In this document: positions 39,981-52,925 of the stretch, piece after piece | Layout: each line of letters begins with the position of its first letter | Position numbering within the stretch: the stretch's first letter is position 1 | Source of the DNA: Octopus vulgaris | Taxonomy: Eukaryota | Assembly: GCA_951406725.2 (NCBI GenBank) | Contig: OX597819.1 | Location: forward strand, 57,226,001-57,290,000 | Reading direction: 5' to 3' | Length of the DNA stretch: 64,000 nt | Notes under the pieces: model-generated | The model's input: only the letters and a program-made list of their open reading frames with translations | The model's database searches: none | Told to the model about the DNA's origin: nothing | Made by a program: the position numbers and the translations under genes

Positions 39981-40263
39981 CGATTTGACCATACAAATAC
40001 ATTCCCTACTTTTAGATCACTTTAAATAAAACCCTTGATTCAAAAGCACTGTGTACAAGCAGTATATTTGGAATGACCAATTTTAAATACTATTGGATTT
40101 TACTCACAAGGTATTGGAATCTTATATGTATACCATTGTGTCTAAATAAGGGTTCTAGAAACGTAATATCCCTGCATATCTCACATCTATTTTCATTCCT
40201 CCACTTCCCTCTCTGTTTCGTATCTTATCTAAATTAACTATTGCATAACCACTTTCCCACACC

Positions 40264-40311
40264 GTCTCCGATGAAAGGATATAATATATATCCTGGAAAC
40301 AGTTGTAAGAC
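40264..40311 (+). ncRNA. Minimal type I hammerhead ribozyme-like motif
   Basis: Stem I gtct/agac; core cCgatga; stem II aggatata/tatatcct; GAAA at 40296-40299; short stem III ac-agtt-gt; GUA cleavage triplet at 40305-40307. Confidence 0.65.
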
Positions 40312-40519
40312 ATTCTATTTATAAATGTTCTAAAATCTTCACAGCCTTAGTTTTTTTATCTCATTCTGAATTCTTTTTTATATATATATACGCATGCTGA
40401 TATATGACCTACGTTGGACTCCTTATTCGCATAATCACCGAACGTGGAGCTTAACTATCGTCTATCCATAGCACTTACTCAGCATTACATGACACCTTTG
40501 GGTCTTATTGACACCAATA

Positions 40520-40577
<58 letters not shown>

Positions 40578-40944
40578 GTATACATATATACAAACATGTA
40601 TATGTATACATAGCTAAACTAATAGAAATGAAACTATTAAAAGCGTATCTATTAATATACATACAAACATTTATATATATGAATAGTGAAACTAAAAAAA
40701 GCAAGCAGCTCATTTCCATCCATATACACGCATGTTGAAAATCTCCCAATTTCCCAAACCAACGTCGGCAAAAACATAACCTCCTTCGCGGGGGTAAAAA
40801 AAACGAAATGACTCAGCCATATGATTTTTTAAAAATCCATTAAAAACAGGAATCATCCCAATAGTCAAGGCTTGCCATGTCATCCTCCGCAGACTTTTGC
40901 CAAGCAGCTCACTTTAAGATAGATACGCAAGAAAAATTACTAAT

Positions 40945-41262
40945 AGAGAAACGAAAATAAACTTTAGAAACATAAACTCCACCATAGGCTACTTAGAAAC
41001 GATGAACGTTTTTTCAAGGGAGGTAATCAAAGAGCGTAACATTGTAATACTTCGTGTAAAGTAAATATTACAAAAGAAAAATCCTTCATAAATCCATAAA
41101 AATTCCCGGATCACTACCAAGGTTTCATCATCTGTCCCTCGTGTCTTTACCAACATTTCCTTGCACATTTCATCAAATATCATTCACAACAGTTTTAGTT
41201 ATTTTTCTCACAGACGGACAAACCAACGCCGATGAAAACATAACCTTCCTTGGCGGAGGTAA
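40945..41262. mobile_element. Non-autonomous Helentron-like (HINE-type) element; a second isolated end lies at 40756-40797
   Basis: Terminal gaaaacataaccttccttggcggaggtaa with a hairpin; degenerate partner aaactccaccatagg near 40975; related aaaccaacgtcggcaaaaacataacctccttcgcgggggtaa at 40756. Confidence 0.6.
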
Positions 41263-41313
41263 TGAAATTATTAAAAGAGAAACTATTGAACGTGAAACCA
41301 TATAAAAGTGAAA

Positions 41314-41674
<361 letters not shown>

Positions 41675-41675
41675 G

Positions 41676-41708
<33 letters not shown>

Positions 41709-41742
41709 TGATTGATTGATAGATACATAGATAGATAGCTGT

Positions 41743-41897
41743 GACGGGGTTCTTTCAGTTTCCGCCAACCATATCCACTCACAAGGCTATGATCGGCCTG
41801 AGGCTATAGTAGAGGATACTTGCCCAATGTACCACGCAATGGGACTGAACTCGGAACCATGTGGTAGGGAACAAAACTTCTTACCACACAGTCGCAC
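41743..41897 (-). mobile_element. 5' half of OK-like SINE
   Basis: Reverse complement of 17250-17405; adjoins (GATA)n at 41600-41738. Confidence 0.8.
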
Positions 41898-42084
41898 ATA
41901 CATACATACATACAAACATGCATACATACACATATGTGTGTACGTGTGAGTGCGCGCATGTGTGTGACAGACGTGACTCGATGCCATGAAACTCAATTCT
42001 CAGTACACTGGACAACCAGGGACTATAGTGAAAGACACATACACATATATATGTTTGTATGTATGTGTATATATATATATATAT

Positions 42085-42372
42085 GGAGAATGGCGACGTA
42101 CCGTAAAAGAGGGAATACAAAGGAGTGACAGAGAGAGAGAGGAGAAATGGAAAGAAAGGAAGAGACGTAAACAAGAGACTATGGCACTACAACCAGCCAG
42201 GAACAGTCTTCGCTACATTTGCGGCACCTGCCAGAGGGAGTGTTTGTCCAGGATAGGACTACACAGCCACAGCAGGAAATGTATCAGGACATGAAATATA
42301 AAAGCCGGACTAGACTACTCCATGCGCAACTCCATTGTCTCCCGAGACAGAAATGATGCCAATACAATACAA
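42085..42372 (+). mobile_element. RTE-clade LINE 3' fragment
   Basis: WRRTVKEG..ERKRRK..YICGTCQRECLSRIGLHSHSRKC (C-terminal zinc finger typical of RTE ORFs); short 3' UTR attgtctcccgagacag; (AATAC)n tail. Confidence 0.8.
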
Positions 42373-42659
42373 TATATATATATATATATATATATATGGA
42401 AGTTATTATTTAAAAGTGTCGTAAGTCCAAAACGTTGCATGTTTAGAAAACGAAAAAATAGTTTCACCATTACATATCAAAACCTTTGTACTACACTTCG
42501 ACAATTTTTGAGATATTGATATCTGAAGCAGCTAGAGATAAAATAGTTTGAGCAAAACCCGACGTATTGCAAGCAAAAATAAATATTAAACAAAGTGCAT
42601 TTGGCCACACTTGGACATAAGACAGTTTAACATTATAACAACGATATATATATACATGC

Positions 42660-42693
<34 letters not shown>

Positions 42694-43494
42694 TTGTGTG
42701 TATATATATACACACACACTCACACACATACGGAGAGTTAGAGACGGATAGGTAGATGAATAGCGATAAATACCTACACTTATTGCCATATATACTTACA
42801 CATATGTATGCTTACGCGCGTCTGTGTCTGTTTTTATGAATATGGTAAATATATTAGATATATAATTGCTTTCTCAGTAGGAAATGTGTCACGGAACTCA
42901 GTGAGCTCTGGTTAAAATAATTGACACCATCACCGTCTGATAGCGTATCTGTATCGTGTGTACGGTAATTCATGTGCCAGCAGCGCTTTTCTTATCAAGC
43001 TATAACCAGTTGAACCAGCCATTAAAAATTAATAATCACTGATAAATTCGGTTGTGAATCAGCAACATTTTACTACTCAAGCTCTGTTTTGATTTATCTT
43101 CTAAAAGACAACTTCTTTGCTATGAGAGATATGTATTCAATGCAGTCTGGTTGGGCTGCCGTTCCCGTTACGATACCTACAGGCGAAGGCGCTTTTCTTT
43201 TTTGGAATTATAACCAATACGGCAGTGTCTCATAGCCTTTGGGCGCCATCAGTATAAGTATCATAGTCATACAAGAATATCAGGCGTGGATTTTAGTGAG
43301 GAATATATGCTATTAGTTCCTTTAAATTAGAATACTTGTTACTCATATTTTAGTCATATTTTAAATAAGTTACTCTTTCATTGGATTTGTTTGCTATAAC
43401 AATATTGAACTTTTTCAATTTCGATAACTAACACTGATTCGGTAGCAAATGAGCGTTGCAATGTATGCTACGCAGTGAATGTGTTGATGTTTTT

Positions 43495-43564
<70 letters not shown>

Positions 43565-43636
43565 GCTGCTGCTGCCGCTGCTGTTGCTGCTGCCGTTGCT
43601 GCTGCTGCCACTGCCGCCTCTGCTACCGCCGCTGCT
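43495..43636. repeat. (TAC)n followed by degenerate (TGC)n
   Basis: Directly visible; abuts the 3' break of R4/Dong copy 4. Confidence 0.95.
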
Positions 43637-43639
43637 AAT

Positions 43640-45480
43640 GTTGGGAGAGTCTTACAGAATCCTACAATTCTCTGGCACCAGCACCCTTTCGGTCTGATAT
43701 TCATACCAGTTCCAAAATCTCCATTTCTGGCAAAGCTTCCACTGTAAAACGTTTGTCACTTGGTCATGTCGCCATTTTTTACATTCTTCCTGTGCCAACT
43801 AGAGACATTCTGCAACAATGTCACCCACTGTCTCGTTCCAAGTTCCACAAATTCTACATTTCTCTGTCACATACTCCCCGTGTATATTTGTCCTCAATTT
43901 GTTTGTTTTTTATCAGTTGAATAAGGTTGTCTGTTTTACTGTTTTTAACTGTCCTCTTTTAACCAAGCCCAGGATTTTGTTGCACATACATCTTCAGTGT
44001 GTCCCCAAAATTGTCCATACTAAGGTTTCCCTCTTTGAATTTCATTTTTGTCCTTTTTCTTCCATTCTGCTCTTATTTTCCTGTTCCTTATTCACTGTCT
44101 TTCGTAGTGTTTCTGTCCTAATCTGTAAATGTTCTAGCAGGCTTTATATTTTCATTTATACACAATCTTCCACGGCAATTAAGCCTCTTACTCCCTAGTC
44201 TCTCTTCAGGTTCAGTCCGTTGGTATCAGCTTTCGGGTGGTGGGTTCCATACATTGTCAATACCTTTCTACTTTGTTTTTTCTGTCAAGTTTCTCTATGT
44301 CGTTTTTGGTCCATTCTACAATTCAAACTCCATACCTAATTAGGAATACTCTTTTATTTATTGCTCCAATAACATTTTTTTGCATTCAGCTTTGACTGCC
44401 ATAATTTTCTCACTCTCCTTGTATGCTCTCTACTGGTAATTTATTTCATTTCTTTACATCTTATTCCCTCTCTTTTCAGTATACGGAAATACTCATATCA
44501 CTGTCCTTTCTCAACTGCTTTCATTGTTTGTCCATTTGACATGCCAGTTTCCTGGTTTCCTTCAAATCTTCCTCGTTTCATTTTCAACAAAGCGCACGTT
44601 TCGATCCCAAATTCTATACTTGCATTATTTGAGGAAATGCGTACAGCTTGTATTAGATTGCAAGCTGTTTCTTAATTTTTCGCATAACTTTTTAAATCAC
44701 CCATAAAAATGAGATGATTCATCTGACCATATCCTCCTCCGAAATCATAAGCTATTTTAACTTAACGCAATATCAAACCGAGCAATATTATAGCCAATAC
44801 AAATAGTAGTATTAATAGTGATAAGCTATCATCTTGAAATATCCCACGTCTGATGTTCACTTTCCCAAGTCTGTATTTTCCTCCAATCAATTTAGTATTC
44901 CAATGTTTCATACTTTCATTAACCATTTTCTCCATATTTACTGCCTCTCTAAATATGATTATGGTTTTACTTATCCAAATCTTCGAGACCATGTCATTTG
45001 CTATTTTTGTAATGTAATCATGCTACATTTAGTCCCGTCAATCTGCATCTACACTTTCTAACTATCATTTTCGCTAATTGTCATTTTATTCTGCAATCTT
45101 TGCGGTCATCTGGAAGTAATTTCTTACTATCTAGATGATTATATAGCTTTTCCGTTAAGACACTGGTCATAAGCTTCCACAAAAGTGGTAAACAAGTTAT
45201 AGGCCGAAAATTTGATGTCAAGTTACGTTTCAATGATCTATGTAGGGATGTCACTATGCTGTAGGCATTCATCCAGTTGAGCAGCGATCCTTTCATGCAA
45301 CTGTGTAAAGTTGTTTAGCCAGTAGCTTTGTACTTCATCCAAGCCACGTCCTTTCTAATTTGCTATTTTTGTAAAACTTAATCTCACTGCATATAGATCG
45401 ATTCTGAGGTCGTTTTGTCTTGGCAAAACTGCAAGTTGTCTTTCCACCTGTGCTAGCCACTCTGGACGAAATTTACTGGG
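43640..45480 (-). mobile_element. Old R4/Dong-clade fragment (copy 4)
   Basis: Minus strand: PEWLAQVE, NFRPITCLPLLWKL, NIRRGIFQDDSLS, HPKAD, KCRICG, WRHDQV, ENCRIL*D; many stops and frameshifts. Confidence 0.85.
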
Positions 45481-45515
45481 CTGAAGCAAAACTATAAATG
45501 AATGAAACAAAATTG

Positions 45516-45618
<103 letters not shown>

Positions 45619-47165
45619 AATGAATATAGGATGATACATTTCTGTATGAATAAAATGCGAATCTCTGTTCCAGTATGTTACCGGTAACAATTTTGGTATT
45701 GTGCACAATGCATCAATTACAACAAGGTTGCTGTAGTCTTCCACTGTCTCTTCAACATTCTGGCGAGGTCTGATATTTCTCGATTTTTGCACTATTTTTA
45801 TATTAACTTTGGTATTATAAGGAATTGCAAAGTATATGACCTTACACTGTTTATTTTGTCATTTATAATCATTTCTCATTTGTCCACACCACTATTCTGT
45901 TATTTCGAAACCATACACTTACTCTCTTACTCTTTTACTCTTTTACCTGTTTCAGTCATTTGATTGTGACCATGCTGGGGCACGGCCTTTAGTCGAGCAA
46001 ATCGACCCCAGGACTTATTCTTTGTAAGCCTAGTACTTATTCTATCGGTCTCTTTGGCCAAATCGCTATGTTGCGGGGACATAAACATACCAGCATCGGT
46101 TGTCAAGCGATGTTGGGGGACAAACATAGACACACAAACATATACACATACACAAACATATATATACATACATATATACGACGGGCTTCTTTCAATTTCC
46201 GTCTACCAAATCCACTCACAAGGCTTAGGTAGGCCCGAGGCTATAGTAGAAAACACTTGCCCAAGTTACCACGCAGTGGGATTGAACTCGGAACCATGTG
46301 GTTGGTAAGCAAGCTACTTGGCTAACATTCCAATGCACACTTTTGTCTATACTATCAGGTCTGCGACTCGCCTGTTTTTCTGTTAGCTAACTACATTCAC
46401 TCCAGAGTTGATTGATGATGTTGTCGCCTTTCCCGCTGATTCTACATTTACTGCTGTCTCACTGAGTTTTGTTGATCTTTTGTCTTTATTAGCTTTTCCT
46501 AATGGCTTGTTCCTGGGCGGTAACAATTAACAACCCTGTCTCGTTTCGGGTTCTTTGCTTTCAACGTCATCGATTTTCTGCAAAAATTACCCATGTAATT
46601 CCATTTCTGTCCATCTGCTTCTTCTTCTGTTGTTGTTGTTTTTTTTCCTTTCACAGTACTAATCGTGTCCTCTGTGATTAGTAATCCTCAGCTTCCTTCT
46701 TTTCGTTCCTGGTATATTCTGTCGGTATTACTCTTAAGGTGGTGCGCGTTGGGCATTGCGAGTAGCTATCTGGTTTCTCTAACCAAATTTTATTGCTCGC
46801 TTTGTCCCTAAAAGGGACAAAATGTAGCTAAAGAGAGTCAGGTGTCTTAATTGTGGCATAGCCCATGTATTTATTTCTTTAATGATATTCCTACCATTAA
46901 AGTTTGTTTCGAGCACATTTCTAACTCTTCTTTTCTACTATTCAGAGATATCCTCTATCTGTTCTCTATCAGTTCTCTTTCCAATATTTCTTCGTATAGT
47001 AGTACCCCCAAAGTATTTCTATCCCTCATTGTTCTACAGTGACCAAATGATGTTATTCTGTGGTAAATTTATGCCATCAGATGTTATCTTCGGGCCCCTC
47101 TTCATAATTTGAACTGCACACGTATTTACCTCAAATTCCATTTCAATACCCTTGCATAATACTCT
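45619..47165 (-). mobile_element. Old R4/Dong-clade 3' fragment (copy 5), interrupted by a SINE
   Basis: Minus strand: IEMEFEVNTCA, NGRNIIKEINTWA, ETGLLIVTAQEQAIR, SKCRISG..SEC, VHWNV, then DLARMLKRQW and VVIDALCTIPK. Confidence 0.75.
45921..46319 (-). mobile_element. OK-like SINE (slightly 5'-truncated) nested in R4/Dong copy 5
   Basis: Reverse complement of 17266-17640; actt at both junctions. Confidence 0.9.
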
Positions 47166-47180
47166 CACTCTCTCTCTCAT

Positions 47181-47417
47181 TTACTCTTTTACTTGTTTCA
47201 GTCATTTGACTGTGGCCATGCTGGAGCACCGCCTTTAGTCGAGCAAATAGACCCCAGGACTTATTCTTTGTAAGCCTAGTACTTATTCTATCGGTCTCTT
47301 TTGCCGAACCGCTAAGTTACGGTGACGTAAACACAGCAGCATCGGTGGTCAAATGACGTTGGGGGGAACAAACGCAGACACACAAGCATACACACACAAA
47401 CACACACACACACACAC

Positions 47418-47464
<47 letters not shown>

Positions 47465-47622
47465 GACGGGCTTCTTTCGGTTTCCGTCTACCAAATCCAC
47501 TCACAAGGCTTTGTTCGGCCCGAGGCTATAGTAGAAGACACTTGCCCAAGGTGCAATGCAGTGGGACTGAACCCGGAACCATGACGTTGGTAAGCAAGAT
47601 ACTACAGAGCCACTTCTACGCC
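47181..47622 (-). mobile_element. Full-length OK-like SINE
   Basis: Reverse complement of 17244-17640 with a longer internal (TA)n(TG)n. Confidence 0.9.
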
Positions 47623-48772
47623 CAAACTCTCAATATTTGGATCAGAAAATCCATTTTTTTTAAGCGACGACCTGGCTGGATCGTTAAGTCGCGAGTCAAA
47701 ATGCTTCACCGCATTTCTTTCGCATCTTAAAGTCAAGTTCTGGGTTCAGTGCTAGTGACAAGTCTCCTCTCCTAAAATGTCAGGCTTTAGAAAGAATTAT
47801 TATTATTTGTTAATACTGAGGTGGCCCTATCATCAGAAAAGTGTGTTCATAGAGTAGTGAAAAAACTCCCAGTTGTTAATGACATGTAGTTGAAACTGTA
47901 GATGGAGTCATTTTGATTCCATTGTATCGATAATGGTATTTCTAAATGGCATACATTATCATTAAAATCTAATTTAAGGTCGTCATGTCAATATATTAAT
48001 TATCGCTATACATAATTAATATAATAAAAGTTAATCAGCTCCCAACACATTTCTAGACGTTTGTTAAAGTTTTAATGACAGTTCCACACTCATATCTGTT
48101 GTGTTCCTTAAAGGTGCGAGATATTAATAAATGCTAATGGCATTTTTGAAGAATGGACTTGAAAGATAAAGATAGATAAGAGAATTAGCAGAAAACTAAA
48201 TTGACATTGGCTAATTAAAAATTATGTCACGGATTAATGAAGACATTTAAATGATTACCAGCTAAAAGGTGAGAACGGAATAGTGGAATAATTCACCAGA
48301 AGAAATAATGGCAACAAATCTTAACTACTCAATTAAAAAACAGGCACGTTGCCATCTTACTCTTAGATTGTTTAAGATATTCACGCTCGGAAAAGTAATT
48401 TTTGTTGCTATTTAATCTTGAAATTCACTCAACTTCACTTGCGCATTCTTAGTACCTAAAAAAATATTTTCTTAAATTCTGAAATGATTTTTTTTTATTC
48501 CTACTCTTGTACATCATGCATAACATGTGATTTAAGCGAAACTCGTCACATCTCGAGGAGTTTCTAATGGTTAAAATAAACACGTATCAAGGCTCATTAA
48601 TTTATTTCTACAAACAATAAACCATTTCATTTTGTTGTTTCTGTTTTATGTTCAATGATTGCTATAGATCGATTGTTACTGTAAATATTTGAGAACTGCT
48701 TTAATTCAATATACTTTCAGTGTTATTTTCTCTGGAATCTATTAGACACACGCTTTTTGCTATATATATTAC

Positions 48773-48832
<60 letters not shown>

Positions 48833-48862
48833 CGATATATATACAAACATATATATATAAAT

Positions 48863-48895
<33 letters not shown>

Positions 48896-49184
48896 GTATA
48901 CACGCACAAATATATGTGTATATGTATATGTATATATATACATACATACATGCACACACACACGTACACACGTGCGCACACACACACACACACGCGTACA
49001 CACACACACACACACAAATATATATATATATATACATACATACACACACACATATTACTTTACGTGAATTATAAAATGTATCTAAAGGGAAACTGAACTC
49101 AGAATTCCGATCAATGAAATGGAATGCTACAATATAATTATTTCAGCACTTTGCTGTTTCAAGCTATTACATAAAGGAAATATT

Positions 49185-49400
49185 GATTCCTTACATTGGC
49201 ACAAGGCCATAGATTTAAAGGGCAGGGAGGAATCAATTGAAGAATTTTAGTATTCATGTCTGGTAATTACTTTATCGACCCAAAAGAATGACAATATCTT
49301 CACCGGAGTGATTTTATCGCAGAATGTAATAAATGAGTTAGATCGTAATAGACTAAAAGTATTCAGTGTGGCACTTTGGTGTTTCTATTAACAGGCTTTC
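49185..49400 (-). mobile_element. Degenerate SINE, family of 31654-31868
   Basis: ttggcacaaggcc...tggtaattactttatcgaccc.aaagaatga; a similar fragment lies at 28174-28232. Confidence 0.45.
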
Positions 49401-51249
49401 TCTGCATTTTATAATAATTAGGATAAATATTTAGATACCCTATATCTCTATAAACTGGTACCAGTATATTCCGTTATGAAACTTATTTGAATATGAGAAT
49501 AAGAATAATAGAATGAGAATACGTACACGTTAATAATAAAATCTCAGAAGAAATAAATGTTTTGCCTTGGTCTACGTTTCTGCCTAAACCTGAGTTTACA
49601 TTTTTGGAGTACAGTAAATACAATTGTTCTAGAGGGCATGTGTTCGTTGCATTCTTTTATTACTTTAAGATAAGGATTATGCTTAGGTTTATAGAAAGAG
49701 AAATATGAAATTCAAGGTTTTAACTCAACATTTGGAAGTATAAGCTTCTCGAAAGATTGGGCAACTTGGGCAGACATACAGTCAGGAAATAGAAGAGAAT
49801 TCGAATTGAATTTATGTGCTACTTGATAGGAAAACAACCATAAATATATATTCACCACCAAGTAGGGCACTGGACCATTCAGTGATAGAGTCCACTAGGA
49901 ATCATTTTTCACCGTCACACGCAGAGAAGCTATGAGAATAACCAGGGGAAAGCGCTCGGGAAAACTGGAGCAATCTCTTCAATGACCATCGATCTTCTAG
50001 AAATAACATTCTAAATTCCGCCAACACACAAACTACTGACTTTCGAAATGGCAGCATATATGGGAATATATAATTACTGATATAGTGTTTAGGTAAATTA
50101 TATGTTCACGGAAGAAACGGCTTGGGGAAAATTTGCAATAAAGTTCTGTTAAACCACGTGTCTGAAATTACTTCTACTTTCTTTTTTAATATAATTGCAA
50201 AGATTGAACGATGCTCCTAAACCAACTAACAAGGCATTCGTAGCAACCTAATAGTGAAAAGCTCTTCGTAAAAATCAACCAGTTTGCAATAGATCTGACA
50301 CCCAGCTAGGATATAATAATGAATTAAAAATAGAGTAGACTAAGTTATTGAGAGAATCCCTATTTTAAATTCGAATGAACAACAATGATATAATAATTAT
50401 GCCTTATCTAATTTCATCATAACGTTTACGCTTCTTTACAAGTGTCACTCTGATGTAAAGCATTTTAAGCAACGTTCGTTTCAATTACCGGCCTTTTAAT
50501 CAGTATATACACCGATTTCTGAGTAGTATCTTCACGAAAATTAATGATTAAAAGGAAAGCATTTTTTTCTGTATAAAGAATGTAAATCTAATTATTTAAA
50601 ATGATTTGGAATTCACTGCATTATGCTGGTTAGCTTACACTTAATGATATGTTTTTGAAGCAGAAGGTATTACTGTCAAATAGTTTCCATTTCATTATTT
50701 TTAGTTAACACATTAAGAGAAATGTCTTCACCTAAGCTTTTTAATCTAAATATGGTAAGTACAAGTAAGACTTACACTTTGAAGATTTCTTATAAAACAT
50801 AACTCATTTCTCATTTATTAATATATTTCAGTAGCGCACTTGACTATTACACATCTGGTTGCTATTTCATCAAGTAGCCCATAAAGTGGTGACTCAAATT
50901 CTCATATATATATCGCTATATTTATATAAAATAAAACTGAAACGAAATCGTAATTGTCATTTTATATTTCAGACATTAGGCTCATTCTCACTACATACTA
51001 CAAATTAATTCTTAAGTGGGATCATTATGTTGTTTCTCACTGAGAAGGATTTTTGGTGTTTCTCATTGACAAGTAGAATCCTTACAACCAATAATATTAC
51101 AACCAAGGAATCCTTACAAACAATAATTTTCCACCTCATTATGAGTGCGAGTTTAACTATTTATAGTTTAGGCCATTCACTTTATCAAATACGTGTAGCA
51201 TTATTGAAATACATTGATCGAAGATTGGACTAAAAATTAAGATATAAAA

Positions 51250-51351
51250 TGGGGCTCAGTCCCTTGGGTAAGTGTCTTCTACTATTGCCTCAGGCCGACC
51301 AAAGACTTGTGAGTGGATTTGGTAAAAGGAAACTGAAAGAAGCCCGTCGTA

Positions 51352-51420
<69 letters not shown>

Positions 51421-51625
51421 CTGTGTGTGTGTGTGTGTGTGTGAACATCGCTTGACAACCGATGCTGGTCTGTTTACGTCCTCACAACAAGCGTTTCGGC
51501 AAAAGAGACCGATAGAATAAGCTAGGCGAACAAAGAATAAGTCCTGGGGTTGATTTGCTCGACTAAAGGCGGTGCTCCAGCATAGCCGCTGTCAAATGAC
51601 TGAAACAAGTAAAAGAATAAAAGAA
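51250..51625 (+). mobile_element. OK-like SINE, 5'-truncated
   Basis: cttgggtaagtgtcttctacta...gaaactgaaagaagcccgtcg-(TA)n(TG)n-catcgcttgacaaccg...gactgaaacaagtaaaag. Confidence 0.9.
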
Positions 51626-52157
51626 AAAAGAAAATAACCCACTCAATTGTCTTCAGTAGTTGTATTAACATGCACTTAGAATGATTGCTTCAATAAAAAA
51701 TTGGTTGGCACGAATTCTGCTGAATTTACGATATTAATTACAAAAATAGTCTCAAAAATAAAATGACAGAATATCGCGTTGGTTACAAAGCACTTTGTTC
51801 AATAAGTTCCTGCTGTTGGAAAAAGTATTGGGGAAAAAGCGGAAAGCTTGTGGGGGTGTAACATTTCTTCAGACGAAATTATCTCTGGGTCAAGCAGAGT
51901 TGCGATAAAAGGCGTTCAAACAAGCGAGAACATATTGCAATTTGAAGGACTACGTTATCAAAAGCGTCTTATTTTCAAGTGCATGTTTTATTTGAGGAAT
52001 GTTTTTTGTTGTTTATAGCACGAGAGATGACATCGATGAGGTTGTTTCGCTGGTTAGTTTATCAATGAGAAATAAACATTCGAATGTAGAAAAATTACAT
52101 TTTATTATCGTTAGAGAATTACCTAGTGACTTTAATCAAACAAGAGCACAACTTTTC

Positions 52158-52158
<1 letters not shown>

Positions 52159-52239
<81 letters not shown>

Positions 52240-52925
52240 AAGTATTGTATACAGTGCTCAGGTGCACCACAAATCGTCAAAAGTGCGTATAAAGAATATA
52301 CAGTAATGTACAAATATCTGGAAACTGAGCAGTGTATGAGTCAGATACATGCTTGCGTGTGTATGGAGTGGAGAAAATCAGTTGTAGTGTTGGCGAATCT
52401 CAGGAAGCATGGAAGTTTTGAAGGATGCAGTGCTCTGACAACTAACAACTGATTCGGCAGTTTGTTCCATACTTCAGCAACTCTTAGCGTGAAAAAATGT
52501 TTCCGAAAAATCACGGGAGCTATGCTGTTTTCTGACTTTGTAAACATGTCCACGGGTGTTAGACAAATGGAGTTTGAAAAGGTGCTCAGAGTTATTGTTA
52601 GTAAGATGGTGGTTAATAATTTTATGGGTGTCTGCCAAGTCAGCTGCCAAACGTTGGAGTTTCAATGTATCCGTGCCCAGGGAGGTAAGGCTTTCAGATT
52701 ATGGCAAATGCCTGATGGAGGGTATTCTCTTGGTTGCACGTCGCTGAACGGTTTCCAGACGATTAATACCCTGGGCAAGATAGAGGTTCCAGACCGGTGA
52801 TGCAACTTCGAGGTGAGGTCGCACCATAGCTATATAAAGCCGCAGATAGATAGCCGGAGAGCGGCTCACAAAGTACTTGGTGGGTGATGCCAAGACACCC
52901 TCAGCCTTCTTGGCAATTTTGTCAA
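52159..52925 (-). mobile_element. CR1-clade LINE 3' fragment with (TTA)n tail
   Basis: LYIAMVRPHLEVASPVWN..LETVQRRATK, TRGH.YK and FFTLRVAEVWNKLP; then a 3' UTR and the microsatellite at 52159-52237. Confidence 0.88.
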
